Assembly (NCBI GenBank): GCA_002269645.1 | Contig: NIVC01000608.1 | Span: forward strand, 363,709 to 427,708 | Direction of reading: 5' to 3' | DNA length: 64,000 nucleotides | Source of the DNA: Macrostomum lignano | Taxonomy: Eukaryota | Part shown: positions 46,853-64,000 of the stretch, one piece after another | Layout: every line of letters begins with the position of its first letter | How positions within the stretch are numbered: the stretch's first letter is position 1 | Made by a program: the position numbers and the translations under genes | The notes under the pieces: model-generated | Database searches by the model: none | Told to the model about the DNA's origin: nothing | The model's input: the letters and a program-made list of their open reading frames with translations, nothing else

Positions 46853-49551
46853 ATGAAATCTTCCCCAGCCGTCACTGCGCAAGCAACTCCGCTGCGTTTC
46901 GATGCGGTCCAGCGGCGCTGGCTACCGTTGATTGGCGGCTTGCCAACAGCCGCAGTCTGTCGCGTGCAGGCGGTACTAGCTGGCCAGCACCAGCAGTATC
47001 ATCAGCATCAGCTGCGAGTCCAAGCCCGCAAGCTGCAGAGCAACGAGCTGGTGCTGGATTGTCCAGTAGATGGAGCGGATCAGCGGAAAACTCGACCGTC
47101 GCTGCCTGACGGTATTTTCTGGCGGGCCGAGCCGGATCTACTTTGTTGGCGCAGCGAAAGCGTCGAACACGGGCTTAGGTTCGGCAGTGCGGAACTGGCG
47201 AACAAGTTCGAGACAACCACCCGACAGTTCATGGCTGATGGCAGGGCTGATGCCACTATTGCTGCGTCTACAACTGCCTTAGCTAGGTGAGTCATGGGCT
47301 TCTGCATCTAGCACTGAATGGGTCGAGCTAGCATTGCACCTGCTATCTATGGGACCCACACAGCCTTGCAATTAGTATGTCACATAAAGTGATAATAACA
47401 CACATAAAGAAAATAACAAAATAAGTAAAATCGAACGAATTAACACCTTGCAATAAGTTGGATCAAATTTACACCTTGCAATCAGTTGGATCAAACTAGC
47501 ACCTTTGCAATCAGTTGGATCAAATTGACACCTTGCAATCAGTTGGATCAAACTATAACACCTTTGCAATCAGTTGGATCAAACTATAACACCTTTGCAA
47601 TCAGTTGGATCAAACTAGCACCTTTGCAATCAGTTGGATCAAATTGACACCTTTGCAATCAGTTGGACCAAATTGACACCTTTGCAATCAGTTGGATCAA
47701 ACTAGCACCTTTGCAATCAGTTGGATCAAATTGACACCTTTGCAATCAGTTGGATCAAATTGACACCTTTGCAATCAGTTGGATCAAACTATAACACCTT
47801 TGCAATCAGTTGGATCAAACTAGCACCTTTGCAATCAGTTGGACCAAATTGACACCTTTGCAATCAGTTGGATCAAACTAGCACCTTTGCAATCAGTTGG
47901 ATCAAATTGACACCTTTGCAATCAGTTGGATCAAATTGACACCTTTGCAATCAGTTGGATCAAATTGACACCTTTGCAATCAGTTGGATCAAATTGACAC
48001 CTTGCAATCAGTTGGATCAAACTAACACCTTTGCAATCAGTTGGATCAAACTATAACACCTTTGCAATCACTTGGATCAAACTAGCACTTTGCAATCAGT
48101 TGGATCAAACTATAACACCTTTGCAATCACTTGGATCAAGCTAGCACTTTGCAATCAGTTGGATCAAACTAGCACTTTGCAATCAGTTGGATCAAACTAG
48201 CACTTTGCAATCAGTTGGATCAAGCTAGCACTTTGCAATCAGTTGGATCAAACTAGCACTTTGCAATCAGTTGGATCAAACTAGCACTTTGCAATCAGTT
48301 GGATCAAGCTAGCACTTTGCAATCAGTTGGTTTATTCTGAGTTCACAATAAATCAATATTTCAGATTTCCGTTCGGCTCGCAGCATCGTTTAAGCGAGCC
48401 GCAGATTAGCGGATTGCCGAATGACATCGCGAACCATGAACTGTCAATGAAACGGTCAATGAAACGGAGGCCAACAAATGCTGTTAGTATAGTGCGGGTT
48501 GGTGCATGGACTCGCAATTTAAGATAATTCTGATAGCGAAATAGGTTCGACGTCTTTTTCAAACTCACATGCAGTGTACATGTAACTCACATGTTCTATT
48601 TCGTTAAGAGTTGCACTATTCGCCTGTAGTTACGAGTAAGATCTAATTACCCGACTAATTATTGTCAACAAAGTTTAAGTTCAAGTATTTTTTCGTTTCG
48701 AGCGCGATCCATCTGATGAAATATAAGTTTAGTAATTGAAATACGAGCTAAGATCAAAATCCATTTACCTACTACAAGTAGACAAAAAGGATTTTCTCCC
48801 ATATTTGGTTTGAGTATAACTCAATAGCAATTGTCATTTACAAACTCAAGCCCGTGTGGCCTAATGGATAAGGCGTCTGCCTCCTAAGTAGAAGATTGCG
48901 GGTTCGAGTCCCGTCACGGGTAGAGCATTATTTTTGTATCCTTCATTTACGGCACCCATTAAAATAAATTTTAGCCAATGACCGCCAGAGCTCAAGCAAT
49001 TGAGGAGATGCTGCAGCGAAGAGACAATCCAAGTAGCACAAGTAGTTTCGATACTAACAGCTTGCCTAGGGCGAAGAACGCACTGAAGAGTGCAGCTTCC
49101 AGAACTGCTGCTGTTGGCTGTTCGCCGTTGAATGAGAGCGGCAGGAAGTCGAATTCAAAGCGCCCGCCTTTGAATCAGCAGGTGGCGGCAGCGGCGGCGC
49201 CCAGACCAGGTATTGAGGGTCAACTGCAGTTATTTAAATGTGAGCTAATCGCGGAGATTAGGCGCGAAATAGAGGACGCTACTCGCGATATAGTCATTGG
49301 TGAGCAATTTATTTGTTATCTGGCTATATAAAATTAAAATTACAAGTAAACAAATTCGAGGTTAGGAAGTTGCTCAAATCTCAAGCGTAGTTGTGTCCGC
49401 TAATAATAAGTTGATCGACTGCCGATATGTAGCGAAAGCAGCATAACATATTGCAAACAAGATTTGATTTTAGCATTGACCTACTATCGTTACCTATCGA
49501 TAACTTTCAGCTCTCAAGGAGGAGATGGCTTCTTCAAAAAAGCATGCCTAA
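46853..49551 (+). CDS. Compact Ena/VASP-like protein (EVH1 + EVH2 with tetramerisation coil), 4 exons, ~305 aa
   Basis: Exons 46853..47286, 48365..48482, 48975..49299 and 49511..49551 are phase-consistent. EVH1 motifs: AQATPLRFD..QRRWLP, CRVQ, LRVQARK..NELVLDC, HGLRFGS.E.ANKF. C-terminal QLQLFKCELIAEIRREIEDATRDIVIALKEE resembles the VASP tetramerisation domain. Confidence 0.78.
47440..48330. repeat. Intronic 28-31-bp minisatellite CACC(T)TTGCAATCAGTTGGATCAAA(CTAG/TTGA/CTATAA), ~30 copies
   Basis: Lies in Ena/VASP-like intron 1 and ends ~34 nt before the acceptor at 48363-48364. Confidence 0.97.
48850..48922 (+). tRNA. tRNA-Arg(CCT)
   Basis: 73 nt; acceptor stem GCCCGTG/CACGGGT, D-arm TGGCCTAATGGATAAGG, anticodon loop CTCCTAA, T-loop GGTTCGAGTCC, T-run terminator ~8 nt downstream. 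Confidence 0.93.
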
Positions 49552-50202
49552 CAGTCCGCCTGTAATACGAGTGTTTATTTTAGACATTATCAGTAATTCT
49601 GCAAGCTAAGCTGCTTTAAAGTTTCTTGTTGCGCGATAATTGGTACCAGCGCGTGTCGGATATAGCTTATTCGTAACTAAACCATAGAATTCCAGATAAT
49701 AATCTGTGTAAGCTACGAGTAAATCCAAGTATGAAATATCGGCAAACAAAATGGCTAATAAAGGCTAATGAACAGTAACATTCCCGCGCTCTCACTGGCT
49801 CTCGGTGTCATTTAAAAATCCTGATTCTTAATCTTTTTTATCAACGAATTATTATCAATTGTTTTAAATGCTGTTTTTTCTTTTGGTTTTGATTTAACTT
49901 ATTCTTCTGTTGGATGGTTGCTATATTTTCTTGCTTTTTTGTTTTTGTTCTATTTTTTGCTAGTGGTCCGGTACCTCAATCAAATGCAATGCAATATATT
50001 AATTATAAAGCTTTAAGTAATTACCGGACAAGTGTGATGTGAATCGATCCACCTTTGGTTGCCTTGATCTATCTCACAGATACTATAATGAATTTTAGTG
50101 TCTGGTGCCCTAATATATCAGATTCATAATTCGGGTGTTAAAGTAAGGATTTAAAGCCTTAAGTGAGCTATATAGGTCGCTCCGAGTTCCATATTTGATA
50201 GC

Positions 50203-50275
50203 GGCCGCGTGGCGCAATGGATAACGCGTCTGACTACGGATCAGAAGATTCCAGGTTCGAGTCCTGGCGTGGTCG
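50203..50275 (+). tRNA. tRNA-Arg(ACG)
   Basis: 73 nt; GGCCGCG/CGTGGTC acceptor stem, anticodon arm TCTGA-CTACGGA-TCAGA, GGTTCGAGTCC T-arm, TTTT downstream. Confidence 0.95.
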
Positions 50276-51719
50276 TGGAATAATTTTGCTGCGATTCCAT
50301 TTTCTTTTCATAAACTGTCGAAATTTATATTTGAAATTTACTTTGATCATAATTATTCGTTGTCATTGTTTTATCGGTAGACACATCCAATCAGTAAAAA
50401 ATTATTTTTGATTAGATGCAGTGACGCAGCGCTTGTTTTATTTCAACTACTCTGTATATTATTAACTACACAACATATCGGCCAGTTCAACAACCTATCA
50501 AATCAAATAAATTAGTCACGACTCACATATCGCAGAAATTCCTGAAAGCATTCTTTCTTGACTTGAGTATTTCAGACACAAACCTCTTAGTCTAAGTAAT
50601 CTAGTAACCTAGAACTGGCCATTTTACGTTTTGGTACTACAATTCAGGTTATTCAGCTCAGGCTTCAATCATCAGAGTTGCTCATTTTCATCGCCGTGCG
50701 CCATTAAATTTGCGCCATACATCATATGGCTAATATAAAAAGGACATAAAAATTGATGAAAAAGTTTTTAGCTCATATGAAATTTTAGTCTCATGTGTGG
50801 TGGTTTGTGTGAAGCCATTGTGACGAGTTGACGACTATTGGCTAATTTTATACTTTCTTAAATAAAAATTGAATAAAAATAGGAATTCTACTACTAGCAG
50901 TAGAATTACTAGCATTTTTGTTTATAAATGTAGAAATTCGTGCACAGTGGTACAGAATGGCTGGCCTGGGGTCTACAGATATATAGCTCGTATTTTGTTT
51001 GTGTTTTGACCTGGACTAAGTCACGCGCGCGAGTTCAAAACAATTTCCTTAAAACGTAGATTAGAGAGATTCGATTTCACTTAAGTGTATTTGCAGGCAG
51101 TTCATTATCAATTGCTTCCATTATGGAGAAAACGACGTTAATTTAGACACGGTAATTTTTGCGGGTTTTGCTACTCAATTGGTTTATTATTATTAATTTG
51201 CATCTGAAAGAAAGGCGGGATAGCAATTTTTAACAAGTGATCAATGAATAAAGAAAAGAAAAAAATGTGGACTACATGGTTTATGAAATAACAATTATGG
51301 TGTTAAGTTTCTAACCATTTTGACAGCTCAGATCTTGTGGATGAAAATTAATAAGCTCTGAATAAAATACAATGCTAAACCAAGTTTTCAATGAAACTAG
51401 GATGCCTAATTGTTAACTGTGACTTGAAGCAACAACATAATCAAAACTGCATCAGAAGAAAAATTAAAACTATTCGATTCTAAAATCTCCGCTTTGTATT
51501 AACGTTGATTAAGACCGACAAAAATGACACTAAACTGGCTGTGAACAGCTTAAATCCTCTTAATTCACTAATTGCTCATGCTCTCGGTGTACTAACCACA
51601 GCCCACTCTGCTTAACTTGCAGCGACTCCTCGTAAAATCCATAGAAGTAATACGAAAATAGAAAAACAACAACAAAAAATCAAATCGCGACAAACGACAA
51701 AAAAATTCTATCGACTTTT

Positions 51720-56553
<4,834 letters not shown>

Positions 56554-56651
56554 GGGAATTGTTTACGTTGTGTTTTTTTACTAACAGTTTACATTCACGC
56601 CAGGACAGCCAGCAACAGTCGCTACTAGGCTAAGTCTCTTTAGCAAAAGTG

Positions 56652-57610
56652 CTGGCGCTAAGAAGGCGCTCTCCAGGTGCTCAATGAATCGTCATTTAAA
56701 GTGGCGCTAAGAAGGCGCTCTCCAGGTGCTCAATGAATCGTCATTTAAAGTGGCGCTAAGAAGGCGCTCTCCAGGTGCTCAATGAATCGTCATTGAAAGT
56801 GGAGCTAAGAAGGCGCTCTCCAAGTGCTCAATGAATCGTCATTGAAAGTGGCGCTAAGAAGGCACTCTCCAGGTGCTCAATGAATCGTCATTGGATGTGG
56901 CGCTAAGAAGGCGCTCTCCAGGTGCTCAATGGATCGTCATTTAAAGTGGCGCTAAGAAGGCGCTCTCCAGGTGCTCAATGGATCATCATTTAAAGTGGCG
57001 CTAAGAAGGCGCTCTCCAGGTGCTCAATGGATCGTCATTGAAAGTGGAGCTAAGAAGGCGCTCTCCAAGTGCTCAATGAATCGTCATTGAAAGTGGCGCT
57101 AAGAAGGCACTCTCCAGGTGCTCAATGAATCGTCATTTAAAGTGGCGCTAAGAAGGCACTCTCCAGGTGCTCAATGAATCGTCATTTAAAGTGGCGCTAA
57201 GAAGGCGCTCTCCAGGTGCTCAATGGATCTTCATTTAAAGTGGCGCTAAGAAGGCGCTCTCCAGGTGCTCAATGGATCGTCATTTAAAGTGGCGCTAAGA
57301 AGGCGCTCTCCAGGTGCTCAATGGATCGTCATTTAAAGTGGCGCTAAGAAGGCGCTCTCCAGGTGCTCAATGGATCGTCATTGAAAGTGGAGCTAAGAAG
57401 GCGCTCTCCAGGTGCTCAATGAATCGTCATTGAAAGTGGCGCTAAGAAGGCACTCTCCAGGTGCTCAATGAATCGTCATTGGATGTGGCGCTAAGAAGGC
57501 GCTCTCCAGGTGCTCAATGGATCGTCATTTAAAGTGGCGCTAAGAAGGCGCTCTCCAGGTGCACAACAGATCGTCATATTGGAAGTGGCGCTAAAAAGGC
57601 GCCTTCCAAA
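56652..57610. repeat. 49-bp minisatellite GTGGCGCTAAGAAGGCGCTCTCCAGGTGCTCAATG(A/G)ATCGTCATT(T/G)AAA, ~19 copies
   Basis: Directly visible, immediately upstream of GPSM2. Confidence 0.97.
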
Positions 57611-57859
57611 AGCAGAAATGAACAACCTCTTGGCGCCGACATGTGCATGCAACTGAGTAAATTACTAAATATATACTCTGCACTAAAGATGGACTCTTAC
57701 CGCACGAACAGGAGCTGAGAGTCAAGCTGGCCGATGTTAAACTGTCTGTTGTTGGCATGATTTTCTATTCTAAATTTATAATTGTATTCAAGTTATTATT
57801 ATACAAATAGGCGCAGCAATAGAATGCGAAACTAACGGGTTTATATTCTATACTAGAGA

Positions 57860-58600
57860 AGCACTGATATTGCGAACTAGGGTGGCTAGGGGTCTGTCGA
57901 AGGTAGCTAGCCAGCTTCTGGATGGAGAGGAGGAGGAGGTCGGCTTTGATGTCGGAGGCTGGCCAGCGAGGGCGAGTAAAAATCGAAGAGATCGCGAAAC
58001 GGAGAGCGGAGGATCCGGGATGGAGAGACGCCACTGTAGGCTCGGGGTGAGGGAGGGATTTCTTGGGGACAGTTGCTAGCCGAGTCTAAGAAATTATTTT
58101 TTTAACTCGCTTAGCTCGAGCATAGCCGGGGAGAGATGCCGTGGGCAAGTCGAGGCAGAGAGGGAGACGGACAGACAGAGCTGGAAGAGCAGGGTCGCTC
58201 GGTGGGGGGAACACACGGTGAGACGAGGAGCGAGTAGAAGGGGAGGGGTAAGAAGGGGTCTGGTCGAGAGAAAAAGAACAGAGCCAAGAGATCTCGGAAA
58301 GGCCGAAGTAAAGAGAGGCAGGGGAGGAGAACGGGATTTGAGATCTGCATGGGGAAGAGCAATTTTTCTGGTACAGTATTGGCGCAGCTGTTGGGAAGTA
58401 CACTCAAAAAAGGGATTTAAGGGGATTGGATCGAGAAGGGGAGAAAATGCTAGCGGGAGAGATGTGGGGGCGGCGGCGGCGCGGACGGGGAGGGGGAGAG
58501 ACGGCGAAGAAGTGCACGCACAGGAGGCTCAGCTGCTGGCTGATAGACCCAGAATTATAATGAAGGGTGCTCCCATGCATACAGATAGATAGAGATAGAA
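57860..58600 (-). mobile_element. Highly degenerate LINE 3' relic
   Basis: Minus-strand fragments PEPTVASLHPGSSALRF and LLSIQKLASYLRQT resemble decayed LINE ORF2 C-terminal motifs (ETVEH.LL.CP...LR; ..FLR.T). Many stops and frameshifts. Confidence 0.35.
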
Positions 58601-59759
58601 AGAGGCAACTCAAGCAGAAGAGATGAAGCTATAGACGCTGGAGCCTGCATTTATGTACGCGTAAGAATCAGTGCTCTCTGCAATAGATGTAAAGAGGATG
58701 TGACAGCTATTGGCTGATTATTCGGTTGGCAAACTGATTTTAGCTTCCTTCATTCCAATTAACTCCATTCCAGCATTAATCCAAATAATTCTGCAGCACG
58801 TCGATCTCTCCCTTGTGCAGTTAATCCTCATAATCTCCGCTTGATCCCCCATCAGCAAACTTTCCAGCTCATGCAGATCAAATTCCAGATGCAGATCCGC
58901 GAGAGCGGCCTCTACTACAAAGCAAATCGAATGTTGTAGTTTCTTTTTTTATACCCACAGGTAAATGCATTAAGTGCGTATATCTACGTAATATTAGATA
59001 CATGTAGTTCATATATGTGTACTTCAACGGTAGAACGTCAGTACAGTACAAAACCGACTTCGATGTTGCGACTCGCGAAATACATCGCGGTAGCATATGT
59101 GTCGACACAAAGTCAATTTCTGCTGCGCACTGCACCTTGTTTTACGCAAATTGATTAAAGAAAAGTAGGCTGTAACTAAGCGGCTGTTCTTTCATAGAAT
59201 TATCATTATATATTTCAGTTTAGCACGAACGCGATATTCATGCAACCGCGAATACAAATCGTTTGAGTTTACAAATATTGAGGTCACAAACTTAAAAACC
59301 AAATTGCAATGTTTTCGAGTCTCGAAATTACCCGAAATAAAATGTGGTTGACGAACTTTGTAAAAAAAGACTGCAGATTTTTCGCGAGTAAGTCAAATTT
59401 TATATAATGCAAAAACAATTGCGTAGAAATGCTTGACAATTAAAGTTTTTTGTGCTTGAGTAGAACTACTCGTCGCTTGCTATCAGACTTTTAGCTATGC
59501 CGACAATTGATACAGTGTACATTCACATGCACATGTGCATGAACGTAGAGTACTTCACCATTACGAAATCGAAGAGTTGTGTCGCATTTTCCAGCTATAT
59601 TTTACAGTACATCATTTCAATTACGTGTATAACATGTATGTTCGATCTAATGCATCGAGTTCTAATCAAAATAAAAAAATAAAAAAATTGACTCACAGAG
59701 ATCGAAAAGGTCCGTATTACTTCAAGTTTTAGAAGATACAATGAGTACGCTGTACATGT

Positions 59760-60235
59760 ACCGATGTTGTACACGTCGGCGGTTTTGTGCCAAGAATCAC
59801 AGACGACATGGCACGGCGCAAGTTGCTTGCCTGGGGCGCATTCCGCACTATGCGGACTGTCCTGCAGTGCCCCGCGCTGCCGGATCGGCTGAGAGGGCGG
59901 CTGTTCCAGGCCGTCATAGAAACCGTCCTCCTTCACAATGCTGAAACGTGAACACTGACCGGCCCGCAGGAGCGGCAACTCGATGTCACTCACGCAGTCA
60001 CGCTGGACTCGTGTGAGAGCCGCCTTCGGTGTCCACTACTCGCCGACCGCCACCATGCACCAACAAGTTGGCCACGTCATCCGGGCCTGAGCCTGAGCCC
60101 TAAGCCGCTTCACGACGTGCTGTTGCTATCCCCTCAAGGGCCGCGGCAGGCGAGAAGTCTGCGTCTCGTCGACCTGCTTTTAAGAGACGCTTAAATCTCT
60201 GACCCTCGCGGACTCGCTATTCTGCGCAACTGCGC
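59760..60235 (+). mobile_element. RTE-clade non-LTR retrotransposon relic (region C-terminal to RT)
   Basis: Frameshifted translation DDMARRKLLAWGAFRTMRTVL / ALPDRLRGRLFQAVIETVLLHNAET*TLTGPQERQLD matches the RTE pattern R...AW.AF..L...K.RLF.A.V.SVLLY.AETWTL. Confidence 0.75.
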
Positions 60236-63200
60236 TTGCGCGCTCCTTTTGATGGCAACCCAACTTGGGTTGCCCAGGGTTGCTGTAGTTTGGTGTTGTT
60301 GTTGTTATGTGCCTATTTATTCAAGGACCTTATTATAATAAGTCGATCCTATACTGTTCATGTACATATGAGGCTTTTCATCATATCACTGCAATTTTCA
60401 TACGCTCACTACGAGCAACACAACCGATTCGACAACCGGATTCGGTTTAAAAGTTTTTTATTTCGTTGGTTCCCTTTCCAAATAGGTTCCAAATCGGTTT
60501 ATCCGCGGTTCCTAACGGTTGGTCTGGCCTTGGATTATTCTGTGTTTCTATGGAAGCTGCAGCAAATTAAGTCGTTATTTATATTTGGTGCTCATTTTCA
60601 CCCGAAATATCATTGAAAATGAGACATTGGTGGAAGATATTCATTCGAAAAAGATGGGAAAGATTTCTACATTTGTGCGAGGCTTTTTAGATTCTATAGT
60701 AATTTATTGTTACAAAAGTTCAAAATAATTTTCAGCGCCATTTTTCATGAATTTAAAGTAACTTTAATTAAGTGCCTGCAATACATTTTCCGATTAATCA
60801 TATCATATCCTGAACAGAAACAATGTAAACTTTGCTTTACTTGAATAAATCGCGAGTGGTTTCATAGAAACAAAATGATTTGGCACTCCACTTGATTATA
60901 CCAGTATAACTTCGCCGGCACATTTTCAGGCACATCTTCCGACACTTTTTACGACACTTAAAATGTTGCAAAAAGTGTTGGAAGTGTCGGCAAAAGTTAA
61001 ACGTACGACACTTTTCAGACACTTTTGCAGCATTTTAAGTATCGGAAGATTTTGTCTGAAAATGTGTTGGCAAACGCCAAACGGCAAAAGTTAACTGTTA
61101 CGACACTTGAAGTCGCACTTCCGACACAGTTCTAAAACATCATTTAGAAGAAAAGATGTGAATTTTAGCAGTATCCCTATAACATGGTCTGATAGTCATG
61201 CTTAGTTATATAAAATATGAAAATAATTATTAGGGCCTAGGCCTACTTTGAGCAATATTTAACAAGTTATTGTATAGTATATGTCTCCACTTATTGTGAT
61301 TCAAAGATTTAGTTCACAGCCACAGCATAACTTATTGAATAGTTTTGCTCTGACATCTAATTGATTACACAATCAGTGTTCAGTCCATGTTAGCCAGCTA
61401 TTAAGCGATGTACATTTTGCATTTGCATGAATCAATTTAAGTGAGACTGGCATCTCTAACTTGACCAAATCAATCCTTAAACACAACATTAAAATCAAGC
61501 AATGAATTTTTATGAATTTAAAGTAACTTTAACTACATTAACTTACAAAATTAAGAAATGGTAGGGCCTAACAACAGTCAGTTGGAAATGCAGGTCAACC
61601 TAATTAGGGCCTAATAGATATATAAAAGTTCATGCCATAAGGGCATAGTTTCTTAATTTCAATTACTACTTTCACTAAAGTATGGTTAGCTTTGTGATTC
61701 TTTATTACATAGATGATGTCAATTCTTTTAATCTTGTTAAATGACCTCTATTAGCATCTTCACAATATAGTTAAAGCAAAGTATAGTCATAGAGATATAC
61801 ATTATAATTTATTATACCATATTATGCCTATTTATATAGTGAGTCCTATAAAAATAATTTTAGAATTGTTTTTTTATCTTAGGTCTATCACAAGATAAAA
61901 ACTTCTAGGTCCTATTGGTTTATAAAAAGAAATTGTCCTTTAGACTTACTGTGCTTTAGACTTTGAGTTCTAAAAACACTAGCTAGGCCCTAGCAAAAGA
62001 TACTTACTAGAAAATATATTTTTATAGTCAAAAAAGACATCTTCTATCAATAGCAACCAAGAAGCTGAATGCAGCCTTTGCCTGCTTTATAATGGGAGTA
62101 TTATAAAACTCACACTTCTTTGTATATAGTAATAGTAATCAGAAGCCCTTGATACTAATATATAAGTAGCTAATAGGCCAAGCTATGCAAATCACTTTTG
62201 TCTAGAAAGCAATCAAATACCACCTTGCTATAAATTTGATCTTGTTGCTAAAGGTCTTCTTTGTTGAACTATTCTTATTCTATAGCACTAGTTCTATATT
62301 AGTGATAATAATAATAGAGTATTTCAATAAAGAAACAGCTTTGTTTTTCCTATTGCTTTTAGATAGCTGACATATAAAGTATAGCTGCTAAAACAAAGCT
62401 GCTGAATCTAGATGAAGTATTTTTGATATTGTTTGATTGGAATTTTTGTAACTGAACATGGTTGAAGCTATAGCAGTTGAAAAGATATTTATTTGGATAA
62501 GGCTGACATTCTCTAGCAGGTATGTTCACAGTCTGTGTGGCATTCAACAAAGGCATTTTGCTTTAATACAAATAAAGATTAGGTGCAAAAAAGCAGGGAA
62601 CTTTAAATCATGAAAAGCATATGCCTCATTGCCTCAGCTTTGTCTTTTGTGTGCACAAAGATAGCTTTAGATTTAGTTACAATGAGTAACTGAAAATACA
62701 ATGTTCATTTATACCAATATGTTATTTGTATTATAAAAGACAATGTATGTGATTTTTCATAGATCCCTATATTCTCTCCTCTTCCCCATTTTTCTCTTAC
62801 CTTCTTGCTTATACTTTTCAGTCTAGCAAAGGAGCCTTAGCAGGCCTGGTCTATTGTCTGTTATTGGTCTACGCCTGCCCTAGTCCTACATAGAGTTCCA
62901 TTTTTCTCTATCCTTGTGCCAGCTTACTAGGGTCCAAGTCTGAGCACTTCCAATCGAGAGTTGGTATTCTAGCTACTAGATTTAGCTTTCCTTGGCCTAT
63001 TATACAGTGGCAGATTTTGGTGGAGAAGCCACCCCCCCTTGTGGTTGGCAATAATGGCACTCTCTTTTGCCCTAAAAAGATCCTTGCTGCCTTTATTTTG
63101 CTTAGTATGGCACCCTTCTAGTGTATTATATAGTACCTCTAGTGTATTATGTATATTAAGGTGCCCGTGTCCTCTATAGGCCTAGTATATATTATGATAC

Positions 63201-63650
63201 CCCCACAGCCTATTATGGAGGTAGGATCTGGAATAGTCCAGGCTCAGAAAGGCAATGCAAGGTCTGGCTAGTGATACATAAGTCAACATGTGACAGCATA
63301 CTTGATGTACATTGTAGGACAAAGGTCATCTGCTGTACAGTCACATGGAAATGTCAAAGTGGCACCTCAACATGGTGAAGCTCTATCATTCAAGCTTCTT
63401 TTATTGTCATCTAGAAGACTGTAGTGGATGACAATAGCAGATAGCACTAGTGATCTATTGTGAACAGTGCTCACAACCCTTCTGTGAATAATTCAATGTA
63501 GTGGGAGCATGGTGTAAAGACATCTGTTAAGACAATCTTCCATAAGTCGATATCAGAAAATGTATATTCAGTAGAGCAAGAAATTGTTATGGTTTCTTTC
63601 AATGCTTGAGTTATTACTAAATACTACTAACTGGCTCCCACAGCGCAGTC

Positions 63651-64000
63651 ATGGTCAGAGAAATCTCTAGCGAAGATGAATTTCGCGCCCTACTTGAGTC
63701 AGCCGGGGCTAAACCAGTTCTTGTAGACTTCTACGCCAATTGGTGCGGCCCGTGCAAAGCCATGGCGCCCAAGGTGAACGATCTGGCTAGCCGGAATCCG
63801 GATGTAGTCTTCGCCAAAGTGAATGTAGACAAAGTTGAGGCTGTTTCCTCAGCGTATGGCGTCACATCTTTGCCAACGTTTGCCCTGTTTTTGCGCGGCC
63901 AACGCATAGAGTCGTTGGTTGGCGCCGATCCGGACAAGCTCGAGGCTCTGGTGAAGAAATACGCCAAGTCGGCCGAGAGTGTGGACAAGTTTGGTCACGT
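63651..64000 (+). CDS. Thioredoxin-domain protein, probably TXNL1-like; 3' end runs off the window
   Basis: MVREISSEDEFRALLESAGAKPVLVDFYANWCGPCKAMAP...GVTSLPTF...GADPDKLEALVKKY contains the WCGPC active site. The frame stays open past the Trx fold (AKSAESVDKFGH...), as in TXNL1. It is absent from the ORF track because no stop lies in the window. Confidence 0.9.
   Translation, partial: MVREISSEDEFRALLESAGAKPVLVDFYANWCGPCKAMAPKVNDLASRNPDVVFAKVNVDKVEAVSSAYGVTSLPTFALFLRGQRIESLVGADPDKLEALVKKYAKSAESVDKFGH

Noticed and set aside
48975-48989. Direct splicing of Ena-like exon 1 to a weak acceptor at 48987-48988
   Set aside because: It is phase-compatible, but a better model with an extra exon 48365..48482 uses strong tttcag and GTTAGT sites and the ttttag acceptor at 48974.
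60840-61140. Recurrent CCGACAC/GTGTCGG/ACGACAC motifs in both orientations (possible transposon subterminal repeats)
   Set aside because: No clear termini or TSD could be delimited.

Overview
Eukaryotic (metazoan) genomic DNA with spliceosomal GT-AG introns. GC-rich exons with poly-Ala/Gln runs sit in AT-rich, TE-littered spacers, and minisatellite density is very high. This style fits a free-living flatworm such as Macrostomum, but that is inference, not shown by the sequence. I could assemble by hand, with phase-consistent splice sites, ten conserved genes: MFF-like, CSRP/MLP, RPL5, ENTPD5/6, TELO2, TMEM170, HINT3, a compact Ena/VASP-like gene, GPSM2/Pins and a thioredoxin/TXNL1-like gene cut by the window end. 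There is also one orphan 349-aa ORF, two tRNA-Arg genes, about 20 unrelated tandem arrays, and relics of Merlin, hAT, mariner, LINE/RTE and SINE elements. Five observations stand out. (1) 11 of 18 introns carry their own private mini/microsatellite, almost always ending about 0-100 nt before the 3' splice site; in MFF the unit is a copy of the splice junction itself. (2) A hAT-like family (5'-CAAGGAC termini, 8-bp TSD) occurs as a 1051-bp foldback element and as 30-bp and 19-bp ends-only hairpins that keep their TSDs. (3) The two N-terminal repeats of MFF lie in different frames joined by a TGATG stop-start overlap. (4) Complementary arrays flank ENTPD5 exons 2-3. (5) A co-oriented HINT3-TMEM170-TELO2-ENTPD5 cluster looks operon-like. 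No CRISPR or prokaryotic system is supported. Array boundaries and counts were read by eye and are approximate.
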